Below are positions 1 through 8,087 of a stretch of 33,201 nt of DNA, in pieces. The position numbers and the translations under genes are program-made. The stretch's first letter is position 1. Every line of letters starts with the position of its first letter. The stretch is from an uncultured Gammaproteobacteria bacterium (GTDB lineage: Bacteria > Cyanobacteriota > Vampirovibrionia > LMEP-6097), in NCBI GenBank assembly GCA_964487825.1, contig CAZASO010000006.1, positions 1 through 33,201 of the forward strand. Reading direction: 5' to 3'. Under the pieces are notes generated by a model. That model did not search any database. It had not been told where the DNA came from and saw nothing but the letters and a program-made list of their open reading frames with translations.

Positions 1-55
1 AATCCCTGTTGCATGGATGAAAACCATGTGTCCTAGGCCTCTAGACGATGGGGGC
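1..55 (-). tRNA. tRNA-Glu (anticodon UUC), 3' portion cut off by the window edge
   Basis: The reverse complement of 1-55 reads GCCCCCA TC GTC TAGAGGCCTAG GAC A CATGG TTTTCAT CCATG CAAC AGGGATT. This gives the acceptor 5' strand and a D arm with the UAGAGGCCUAG loop typical of bacterial tRNA-Glu. The anticodon stem is CATGG/CCATG with loop TT-TTC-AT, followed by the variable loop and the start of the T arm. The rest lies outside the window. Confidence 0.85.
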
Positions 56-67
56 TGAACCTCGCAT

Positions 68-76
68 ATTATAACA
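68..76 (-). promoter_or_regulatory. candidate extended -10 promoter element (TGtTATAAT) for tRNA-Glu
   Basis: The minus strand reads TGTTATAAT, ending 12 nt upstream of the mature tRNA 5' end at position 55. I saw no convincing -35, which is consistent with an extended -10 promoter. Confidence 0.35.
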
Positions 77-158
77 GAGACTTTTGAGAAATATAGGCCT
101 TTTATAAAAGATACAGCTTCTTTGCGACAAATAAAGCCTTCCATGACATATTGAAAAT

Positions 159-2837
159 ATGGCAAGCCAAGACATTGCCACTTTGAGACAAGAGGCTGGT
201 TTTACCCTGCCTTTTGCGCTCGTCTTGTGTTTGGTTTTTTCTTCGCTATTGACTAGTGTTCTCTATTTCCTTGATCTTAATAGCCAAGACTCTAACCGCA
301 ATATTTATAGATTGCAAGCTAAATATTTAGCAGAGGCTGCTAACGCAAGAGCTATAGCCCGGCTCAATGTTAAAACCTTACCCACTGTATTTAAAAAACC
401 AGAGCAGATAGAACAAGAGTCAGACCTGGAAAATTTTGAAGAGTGGACTGATGAAGATTGGGAGGAGTGGGATTACCAAGAATCTAATTTTGATGAGGAG
501 GGTGAAGAGCAAGAATCAGATTTTAATGATTTAGATCTCGCTCAGGTAGCACGATACATTAATTTTTATCAAGTAGATCCTTACTATATTAATATTGATA
601 CAGGGGAGATCATTAGTAGTGCTCAGTATACCGCTATGGTCTTACAACAAAGGCTTGCCATTGAAACCGCTAAGGCAGCGGGTTTGGATGCCAAGAATCA
701 ACTGCTAATAGAAGAATTATATTTTGCACTACCTGAAGTTAATGTCCAAAGAATAGGGCGCATACCACTACCGAAAGGCATGCATGTCAAACCCGGTTTC
801 CAAGTGGTTTTGGCAGATCAGATTCCTGTAACTATTAGACAGAATGATATTAGAGAAGAGTATCTTAATGTAGTTCCTTCTTATGGACTGGATTCCAAGC
901 GACCTTACTTGCGTAGCATTAGTCCTAATTATGCTGAAGCAGGACAAGATGTAGATATCAGGATCGACGGAGACAATCTAGAGCAGTTTAAGCCGATTTT
1001 TAATGTGGCTGAAATCCAAGTTACAGAGCGCTCTTCACGGGATATCTCTGCGCAGATTTCTGATGAGATAGTACCCGGTCGTTACAAACTTCGTTTGGGT
1101 TCTCAGTCGGCATATTTTTATGTAGTGCCTGCTTATGCTTCACGATTGGCTCCGCAAATCAAAGACATAGTGGTTCCTCAAGAGCTGCAAGCAGACTATG
1201 GGCAACAGTTTGCTAGGCTCAAAAGTTCTGATGAGATACAAGGTTTGCGTATGGAGGGTAATGCTTTTGGTGATATTAACAATACACCTATCTTGGTTCC
1301 AGATTCTGATGCTATAGATGTGGAGATAGTTTCTTATACTGATACTGAAGTCATTTTCAATATCAAAACTAGAGCAGCTGAACCCGGATTGCACTCTATA
1401 ACCCTCTTCAATAAAGGAGGACAGACTAGTGCTTGGTCTTTTAGTGTAGACCTTAAAGATCAGTCTGAGACTAAAGATCTGGGTATCGGTACTTATAGTA
1501 CTGTAATCACTTTGCTCTATGTCAAATCTCACTCGAATATACCTTTAGATGGCAGGGGTTCTGGCGGCGGCAAAGTAGAAGAAGCCAAATCTAAAGACGA
1601 TGGTAGACCCTCGGATCAGTCTGGGTCTTCAGGAGATGCTTCTCGTTATCAGCACAGTTTTGATCTGCTGAAGTCAGACATGGAGACTGTTTGGAAGGTC
1701 GAGACTATCGCTACTGTCGCAGGGCATAGCTATAAAGAAACTCAAATTATGAGAAGAGAATTACCAAGAGTACATGCGGCTTTAACTAATAATGCTCGTA
1801 TTAGTTTTGGTACTTCTGATATTCAGATTAGAGGTTTTCAAGAAGCCTTGGGGACTTTGTTTGAGCCTAGTAGTAGTGGAGATCTAGAGATAGTGATAGA
1901 AGATCCTAGACCAGAGAATTCTGCTTTTAATTTGCCCGGTGATACTAGTGCTCCACCCATGCCTAGTGGAGCTGCCATTATCGAAGATCTGTGGTTTAAG
2001 ACTAGAGATACAAGTCCCTCTGGGAGAGGTTTTAAGCCAGATCATATCGTAGCGATAGTTCCTGCTGGAGCTAAATCTAAGTTTAGTGATTATGCAATAG
2101 TAGATCAGGTTGGAGCCAAAGAGATTTTCGTTAAATATCCCGGTTTTGAAGAACCGCATTACATCAATGATGAGATTATTCAATTTATCCCTTCTATTAT
2201 TAGTCCTTATGGTTTGAGTGAACAAGATGCTGACAGGTTCTTGGTTCCAGCTAGTTCTCATATTTCAGTTCTAGCCAAAACCAGATTAGATTATGTCCTA
2301 GCTACGCCTCTGAAGACCTTGGGTGAATGGACAGGAGCCATCAGCACTGAGACTCAAGTCCCAGATGGGATTTACCAAGATTATCAAGGTTATTTGGGGC
2401 TGCATATTATTTATGGGACACCTAGTTATGATGGAGCTAATGCACTAGCTGGTCAGGGACTACTAGTTATAGACACTACTCAAGGTGGGCTCAATCCCGC
2501 TGGTGGACTGGTTCGTATAGGAGGTGGTACTTCTAAGCCTAGCCAGTTTGATGGGGTTATCTATGTAATAGGAGATTTGGAGATCTCTGGCAATGTGGAA
2601 ATCAATGGAGCGATAGTTGTAGATCCGACTGGACCTAATTCTGAGATGAATATTAGCGGACATGGCAATATCGCTTATAGTCGAGGCTCTATTACGAAAG
2701 CTTTACTGGGTATACCTTTTACCAGAGCCAAATCCTCTATTAAACTTGAAAAATATTCATCATCTCAAGAAGAGTTTCTTAAAGCTTACAAGGATGCTAT
2801 TAAGTTTAGAGAAAAAGAAGGAGGCAAATCCAGATGA
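159..2837 (+). CDS. large type IV pilus-associated surface protein (PilX_N-like N-terminal anchor, Ig/IPT-like modules, beta-helix-like C-terminus); function unknown
   Basis: This is an 892-aa ORF. Its N-terminus (EAGFTLPFALVLCLVFSSLLTSVLYFL) resembles the hydrophobic PilX_N-type anchor. An acidic Trp-rich stretch (aa 82-126) carries three QES[DN][LF] repeats. Two IPT/TIG-like modules lie at about aa 248-324 and 331-430. The C-terminus has GVIYVIGDLEISGNVEINGAIVVD, typical of PilX-like proteins. The stop overlaps the start of the downstream pseudopilin (ATGA at 2834-2837). Confidence 0.6.
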   Translation: MASQDIATLRQEAGFTLPFALVLCLVFSSLLTSVLYFLDLNSQDSNRNIYRLQAKYLAEAANARAIARLNVKTLPTVFKKPEQIEQESDLENFEEWTDEDWEEWDYQESNFDEEGEEQESDFNDLDLAQVARYINFYQVDPYYINIDTGEIISSAQYTAMVLQQRLAIETAKAAGLDAKNQLLIEELYFALPEVNVQRIGRIPLPKGMHVKPGFQVVLADQIPVTIRQNDIREEYLNVVPSYGLDSKRPYLRSISPNYAEAGQDVDIRIDGDNLEQFKPIFNVAEIQVTERSSRDISAQISDEIVPGRYKLRLGSQSAYFYVVPAYASRLAPQIKDIVVPQELQADYGQQFARLKSSDEIQGLRMEGNAFGDINNTPILVPDSDAIDVEIVSYTDTEVIFNIKTRAAEPGLHSITLFNKGGQTSAWSFSVDLKDQSETKDLGIGTYSTVITLLYVKSHSNIPLDGRGSGGGKVEEAKSKDDGRPSDQSGSSGDASRYQHSFDLLKSDMETVWKVETIATVAGHSYKETQIMRRELPRVHAALTNNARISFGTSDIQIRGFQEALGTLFEPSSSGDLEIVIEDPRPENSAFNLPGDTSAPPMPSGAAIIEDLWFKTRDTSPSGRGFKPDHIVAIVPAGAKSKFSDYAIVDQVGAKEIFVKYPGFEEPHYINDEIIQFIPSIISPYGLSEQDADRFLVPASSHISVLAKTRLDYVLATPLKTLGEWTGAISTETQVPDGIYQDYQGYLGLHIIYGTPSYDGANALAGQGLLVIDTTQGGLNPAGGLVRIGGGTSKPSQFDGVIYVIGDLEISGNVEINGAIVVDPTGPNSEMNISGHGNIAYSRGSITKALLGIPFTRAKSSIKLEKYSSSQEEFLKAYKDAIKFREKEGGKSR

Positions 2838-3268
2838 TCCAAAGCCGCTCCAATAGTGGATTGTCTCTAATAGAGATTTTGGTTGCGATAGCCATTATAT
2901 CTACGGTTTTACTCTCTATACTTGGGTTCTATAACTATTCTGTCCGCATGAATTTTAGAAGTCAGAGTCAAACTGAACTCAAATATATAGCAGAACAAGA
3001 GATGGAGAGATTGCTGTCTCTACCTTATTCTTCGCCAGAACTCGATTGTTATGGAGCTTTTGCGGGTCGAGTAAATTATTACATCAAAGACGATAAATAT
3101 TTAGTCAAAAGCACGGTGATTTTTATGAGTCCAGATAGTGGAGAGCTTGAAGACAATGTACCCCGTAGTCCCAAGGATGATACTCATCTGAAGAAGATTA
3201 TAGTTAGTGCTGCTAGGCTCGATGCTGTGGGAGGGCAGGTTGATCTTGTAACTTTTAGGACACCTTAG
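2834..3268 (+). CDS. prepilin-type N-terminal cleavage/methylation domain protein (minor pilin / pseudopilin)
   Basis: The N-terminus MIQSRSNSG|LSLIEILVAIAIISTVLLSIL has a class III signal: Gly at -1, Glu at +5 and a hydrophobic helix. The gene is translationally coupled to the upstream gene. Confidence 0.8.
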   Translation: MIQSRSNSGLSLIEILVAIAIISTVLLSILGFYNYSVRMNFRSQSQTELKYIAEQEMERLLSLPYSSPELDCYGAFAGRVNYYIKDDKYLVKSTVIFMSPDSGELEDNVPRSPKDDTHLKKIIVSAARLDAVGGQVDLVTFRTP

Positions 3269-5420
3269 TAGTGTCAGCATTGTCTAGGCGCAGCATATGA
3301 GCAGAGACAGCATCCATGTCAGAAGGTATTTCATTGTAAGACAGTATGGATAGTTGAGGGAAGTTGCGCTCTATGAGTTTGCGTAGAGCTAGTCTGATTT
3401 TGTTGTTGCAGAGTAAGATGGGTGGGTAACCTTGGCTACAAAGCTCATCAATAGCGGAACCTAGACTTTCTAGTAAGAATTTAATTTTATTAGGATCTAG
3501 AGCTAGCCTGTCTACATGCAAAGCTGTAACTAATTCTTGTTCTATGCTGGGATGGAAGGTTATAGCATTGAGTCTATTGTCTACAGTAAAATGAGAACAG
3601 ATTTGTCTACCGATGCCTTCTCTAACTCTTTCAGCAAGGAACTCTGATTCTTTGTTGATGCGAGCATAATTAGCACATTGTTCTAATATAGAATTAAGGT
3701 CTCTAATTGAAATCTGCTCCTTGAGTAGGTTCTGGAGTACAGCTAGTTGTTCTCCTGTGCTCATGAGAGCATTGACTTCATCTACTATGTTTTGATTATG
3801 TTCTTTGACTTGCTCCAGCATTCTTACCAGATCTTGTCTTGAGAGTATCTCGCCAGCATATTTGCGTATAGTTTCCGTGAGATGTGTCGCTAAGACAGAA
3901 GATGGAGTCGCTACGGTATAACCTAGAGCCTCTGCTTGAGATCTGTGTTTGTCTTTGATCCATACTGCTGCTAGGCCATAACTAGGTTCTGTGGTTTTTT
4001 CACCTGTGAGTGGCTCAGCTTCTGGATCTACGAGCCCAGTATTTACCGCTAGAAAATGATCTGCTCTGATGTTACCCTTGGCAATTACAGCACCTCTTAG
4101 CTTAATGCAGTATTCATTAGCAGCTAGTTGTAGATTATCATGTACCCTAATAGCAGGTACTGGTAAACCCAGTTCTACCATAATCTGCCTGCGGATTTGT
4201 CCTATCCTATCCATGAGGTCTCCACCTTTCTCTGGGTCTAGGAGCCCCACTAATTTGTAACCAATTTCTATTTCCATTTGATCTATTTTCAGTAACCTGA
4301 TGACACCTTCAGGGCTATTGTCTTGGATTTTTTGTTTTTGTTTTTCTTTGAGTTTGATTTCACTAAGTTCATCTGCTGTTACCATGCGACCGTCAGGAGC
4401 CGCTACCAGAGTGGCTTTGTCTATACTATCCCTTTGATATTTTTTGTAGGCCCAGAAAGCTAGACCAATAGAGACCAAGAAAAATGGTAAAAATGCCCCT
4501 TTGACACCTATACCTAATATCATCATTGTTGCGGAAGCTACAGAGATAACTTCTTTGTTATTGAAGAGTTGTATACCGATATCTCCAGCAAGGCTGATAT
4601 CTGGGTCCGCTCGAGTGACTATGATACCTGTTGCTACGCTTACTATGAGAGCTGGGATTTGAGAGACCAATCCTTCACCTACTGTCAGCAAAGTAAATAG
4701 CTGAGCAGATTCTGGGGCTGAGAGTTGTAGTTGCAGCATTCCTATTACAAAACCTGCTGCGATATTAATGAAAGCGATTATGATAGAGGCGATGGCATCA
4801 CCTTTGACAAATTTGCTACCACCATCCATAGTGGCATAAAAATCTGCTTCTCTTGCTATATCTCTTCGTCTTTGTTTTGCTGTGACCTCATCTATAAGAC
4901 CAGCATTAAGATCAGCATCTACCGCTAATTGTTTGCCGGGCATACTATCGAGAGCAAACCTTGCTGCGACCTCTGAAACCCTGCCAGCACCTTGAGTTAC
5001 GACTATAAAGTTTATGACGAACAGTATAATAAAAACGATAATGCCGACTACATAGTTGCCGCCTACAACGAACTCTCCTACAGCATGGATTACATTACCT
5101 GCGTGTCCGCCGAGTAAAATAGATCTAGTCGCACTGATCTCTAGAGCGAGTCTTCCCAGTGTTACTAGAAGTAAGACAGTCGGGAAAGTACTAAACTCCA
5201 GAGGGTCTTTACTGTACATGGTGACTAAAATTATTCCTAGAGAAACTGAAAAATTAAGTACAAAAGCTAAATCTAAGATGAAAGGCGGAAGAGGAATTAG
5301 CATCATTCCGAGAACTAGAATGATGAACAGGGCTAGTATATTAGATTGATTACTCAGTAACCTTTTGGCCAAGCTAAATAGCTCGGCTAGTCTAAGTTTC
5401 TGGAATGACAAGGCTTCCAT
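3255..5420 (-). CDS. flhA: FlhA/SctV-family type III export apparatus protein (FHIPEP family)
   Basis: The 721-aa product carries hallmark FHIPEP stretches: VGGNYVVGIIVFIILFVINFIVVTQGAGRVSEVAARFALDSMPGKQLAVDADLNAGLI and DFYATMDGGSKFVKGDAIA. It has an N-terminal polytopic membrane domain and a large cytoplasmic C-domain. Confidence 0.9.
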   Translation of the reverse strand: MEALSFQKLRLAELFSLAKRLLSNQSNILALFIILVLGMMLIPLPPFILDLAFVLNFSVSLGIILVTMYSKDPLEFSTFPTVLLLVTLGRLALEISATRSILLGGHAGNVIHAVGEFVVGGNYVVGIIVFIILFVINFIVVTQGAGRVSEVAARFALDSMPGKQLAVDADLNAGLIDEVTAKQRRRDIAREADFYATMDGGSKFVKGDAIASIIIAFINIAAGFVIGMLQLQLSAPESAQLFTLLTVGEGLVSQIPALIVSVATGIIVTRADPDISLAGDIGIQLFNNKEVISVASATMMILGIGVKGAFLPFFLVSIGLAFWAYKKYQRDSIDKATLVAAPDGRMVTADELSEIKLKEKQKQKIQDNSPEGVIRLLKIDQMEIEIGYKLVGLLDPEKGGDLMDRIGQIRRQIMVELGLPVPAIRVHDNLQLAANEYCIKLRGAVIAKGNIRADHFLAVNTGLVDPEAEPLTGEKTTEPSYGLAAVWIKDKHRSQAEALGYTVATPSSVLATHLTETIRKYAGEILSRQDLVRMLEQVKEHNQNIVDEVNALMSTGEQLAVLQNLLKEQISIRDLNSILEQCANYARINKESEFLAERVREGIGRQICSHFTVDNRLNAITFHPSIEQELVTALHVDRLALDPNKIKFLLESLGSAIDELCSQGYPPILLCNNKIRLALRKLIERNFPQLSILSYNEIPSDMDAVSAHMLRLDNADTTKVS

Positions 5421-5499
5421 CTATCACAATATGCCCGCGAAACTAGCTCTAGAACTGGGTTTTAGCTAGGAATAAACTGTTTGGACTAGACTAGATGAA

Positions 5500-5925
5500 T
5501 TAGAAATCATCATCAAAAATGATATCTTCTTCTTCATAGAGTGCTTCTATGCGCGCACGATTTTCTAAAACCTCAGTCATTAATATGTCTTTGTTGCTGA
5601 AAGGATCTACAACGGCTTCTAGCTTGAGGGTTCTATGTCCTTCTATGAGTTCTACTATGCCGGGTAGGTTCTGTACTATGCGAAGATACTCGAAGTTCTC
5701 TACATTGATATGCATTCGCCTATTAAACACTATGGTGCTTTCTGTTTCATTACAAAAAACCTCTACCACATAGGCTTCGTCTTCTATTTGAATATCACCG
5801 TCTATAGTATCTGTAAAAAAAACATGATCAAAACCCTTAAGAACACGCATCATATCTCTTTTGGACATGACCACCCCTTTGCCAACTATGCAGGGAATTT
5901 GTTTGTCTTCGGGTTCTTTACTCAT
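5500..5925 (-). CDS. hypothetical acidic protein, co-directional and immediately upstream of flhA
   Basis: The open frame runs 5500-5937. The ATG at 5925 (MSKEPEDKQ...) is more plausible than the TTG at 5937. The C-terminus is very acidic (EEEDIIFDDDF). I recognise no family. Confidence 0.5.
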   Translation of the reverse strand: MSKEPEDKQIPCIVGKGVVMSKRDMMRVLKGFDHVFFTDTIDGDIQIEDEAYVVEVFCNETESTIVFNRRMHINVENFEYLRIVQNLPGIVELIEGHRTLKLEAVVDPFSNKDILMTEVLENRARIEALYEEEDIIFDDDF

Positions 5926-6074
5926 TATAAAAATCAATCTATATAATTAATATTAGACCCATTTTGGAGGCTATCCTAACAGCCTATTTCGTAATAAGTC
6001 TAGTGAAGAATGGCTCTGTTGAGGCTCTTTTAGCATTATATCATTATGGTGATATAATCATCTGTGATTATATC

Positions 6075-7178
6075 TTGACAAATCACTCTTCTAGTAAATT
6101 TGCTTTCCAATTATTAACAAAAGCCCCTGCTATCAGGTCTGGGATTATTAGTACCAAATCAGGTTCTATTCGAACACCAGTCTTTATGCCAGTCGGAACT
6201 CAATCCTGTATTAAAGCTTTGTCTTGGGATCAAGTGGAGGCTTTGGGGGCAGAGATAGTCCTAGCTAATACTTATCACCTGCATCTTAGGCCGGGGGAAG
6301 ATCTTATTGCAGAAGCAGGTGGTCTACAGCAATGGACTAATTTCCAGAAACCTTTTTTGACAGATTCTGGCGGTTTCCAGATTTTTTCTCAAGCTAGGCT
6401 TAATCGTTGCAAAATCACAGATAGAGGAGCAGAGTTTATAGATCACATAGATGGTTCAAAACATTTTATAGGGCCTAGAGAATCTATTCAGATCCAACAC
6501 AAATTAGGTGCAGACATTATTATGGCTTTTGATCACTGTCCCCCCGGTCAAGTTACTTATGCTGAGGCTAGAGATGCTATGGAAAGGACTCATCTCTGGG
6601 CAGAGATCTGCGTAGATGAGCATGAGAAACTCAGCGTCAAAGCTAGTCAGGAAGGGCGTTCTAGCCCGGCATTGTTTCTGATAGTGCAAGGTTCGACATA
6701 TAAAGAGTTACGAACAGAAAGTGCTAAGACTATAACTTCGATGCGAGCTGATGGTTATGCGATAGGAGGAGTCTCTGTCGGAGAGACTAGAGAAGAGATT
6801 GATGAGATAGTCAAATTTACGGCTCCGCTCTTAGCAGAGGATAAACCTAGATATCTGATGGGTGTTGGTACTCATGAAGATGTGATTAAAGCCATTCAAG
6901 CAGGCATAGATATGTTTGATTGCGTTATGCCTACTCGAATAGCTAGACATGGTTGTTTTTTTGATATTGGGGGTAAGAGACAACTTATTAAAGCGGAGCG
7001 ATATAGATCTGATTTTGCTCCACTTATGGCAGATTGTGAATGCTATAGCTGCAAAAGACATAGTAGAGCTTATATCCGGCATCTGTGGCGGGTTTCAGAG
7101 ACTTTGGCTGGGACTTTATTGAGCATACATAATCTACATTATTTGATTAATTTGGCTAAATCTCAGACTTTAGAGTAA
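6075..7178 (+). CDS. tgt: queuine tRNA-ribosyltransferase (tRNA-guanine transglycosylase)
   Basis: Motifs seen: TPVFMPVGT, LANTYHLHLRPG, LTDSGGFQIFS, and the zinc motif CECYSCKRHSRAYIRHL. The ORF is open from the TTG at 5964, but alignment to the canonical Tgt N-terminus (MKFEL...) favours the TTG at 6075 (MTNHSSSKFAFQLL). The start is therefore uncertain. Confidence 0.9.
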   Translation: MTNHSSSKFAFQLLTKAPAIRSGIISTKSGSIRTPVFMPVGTQSCIKALSWDQVEALGAEIVLANTYHLHLRPGEDLIAEAGGLQQWTNFQKPFLTDSGGFQIFSQARLNRCKITDRGAEFIDHIDGSKHFIGPRESIQIQHKLGADIIMAFDHCPPGQVTYAEARDAMERTHLWAEICVDEHEKLSVKASQEGRSSPALFLIVQGSTYKELRTESAKTITSMRADGYAIGGVSVGETREEIDEIVKFTAPLLAEDKPRYLMGVGTHEDVIKAIQAGIDMFDCVMPTRIARHGCFFDIGGKRQLIKAERYRSDFAPLMADCECYSCKRHSRAYIRHLWRVSETLAGTLLSIHNLHYLINLAKSQTLE

Positions 7179-8082
7179 AGCCTTTGGCTGAGACATAATG
7201 CATTGCTTGTCGATTGGAGTGCAGGAATCGTTTGGCTTGGACTTGTAGGGCACAGTTGAGAATGATCTCAAAAGCTTTGGGGAGTACAGCTAGCCTGAAA
7301 TCAACTAGCAAGTCTATAGCGACTTGTTGTTCAGTCGGACTGATGTGAGTGGAGGCTTGGATAAGACTGCTGAGTATTTTGCGCCTCAAAGAAATGTCTT
7401 TATGCTCAGAGAGTTGTTTGTGAATAGCAACTAAGAACTTTGGGCTCATACCTTCTATGGCGCTTAGTATTTTGCCGCTAGTTCCTATCAAAACAAGAGC
7501 CTCAACGGTGGAAAATCCTAAAGCCCTGAAATCTGCTTCTTGACTGAGTTTGGAGAGGTCTGAGTGAGAGCCGAGTCCTATGGATTTATATTTGTGAATT
7601 TGTGATGAGTGTTCTACTTCTATGATTTGATGAGAAGCGCCACCGCTATCTAAAATACTATAGTTGCTTAGTTTGGGATAGAGTCTTGAGATCTCTGCGA
7701 TTACTCCTTTTGCTGCATATAGGCATTCTTCATCTTCGCTAAAAACACGAATGTCTCTGAATCCTCTTCGCTCTAATTCTTTTATGAAATTTTGTGCGGA
7801 TTTGGCTGGGTCTTGCATGGCTTTGCGGATAGCCGCTGTAGCGAAAACCAGTACCTGAGCGGGTTCTACTGAGAATTCTTGGAGCCGCATTAGAATCTCC
7901 TGGTCTAGGCTTCTAAGGGCGGTTTTGACAGACTCAGGATTGAGGCTAGTAGCGTTAAGCATGTTTTTGCCTAGACTGCTCTCATATTTGTAGGTGAAAC
8001 CCTTGGAACCTGCATGGTTATTGCGGTGTAGTTTGTAGCTGCCGCTGCCTATTTCTAAAATCGTATAAGGTGTTTGGGACAT
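7156..8082 (-). CDS. Ppx/GppA-family phosphatase-like protein (ASKHA fold, N-terminal domains only)
   Basis: Motifs ILEIGSGSYKL, VFATAAIRKA, SEDEECLYAAKGV and ILDSGGASHQII match the phosphate-1, adenosine and phosphate-2 motifs of Ppx/GppA. At 308 aa it lacks the C-terminal HD-like part. Confidence 0.7.
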   Translation of the reverse strand: MSQTPYTILEIGSGSYKLHRNNHAGSKGFTYKYESSLGKNMLNATSLNPESVKTALRSLDQEILMRLQEFSVEPAQVLVFATAAIRKAMQDPAKSAQNFIKELERRGFRDIRVFSEDEECLYAAKGVIAEISRLYPKLSNYSILDSGGASHQIIEVEHSSQIHKYKSIGLGSHSDLSKLSQEADFRALGFSTVEALVLIGTSGKILSAIEGMSPKFLVAIHKQLSEHKDISLRRKILSSLIQASTHISPTEQQVAIDLLVDFRLAVLPKAFEIILNCALQVQAKRFLHSNRQAMHYVSAKGFTLKSEI

Positions 8083-8087
8083 AGGAC

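Noticed and set aside
1140-2261. Minus-strand ORFs (130 aa and 125 aa) inside the 892-aa gene.
   Set aside because: They are shadow ORFs opposite a long, continuous, codon-consistent plus-strand frame.
5964-6074. Long N-terminal extension of tgt starting at the TTG at 5964.
   Set aside because: The extension has no counterpart in Tgt proteins, whose N-terminus aligns from about residue 44 (KFAFQLL). The TTG at 6075 is a more plausible start, although it remains unverified.
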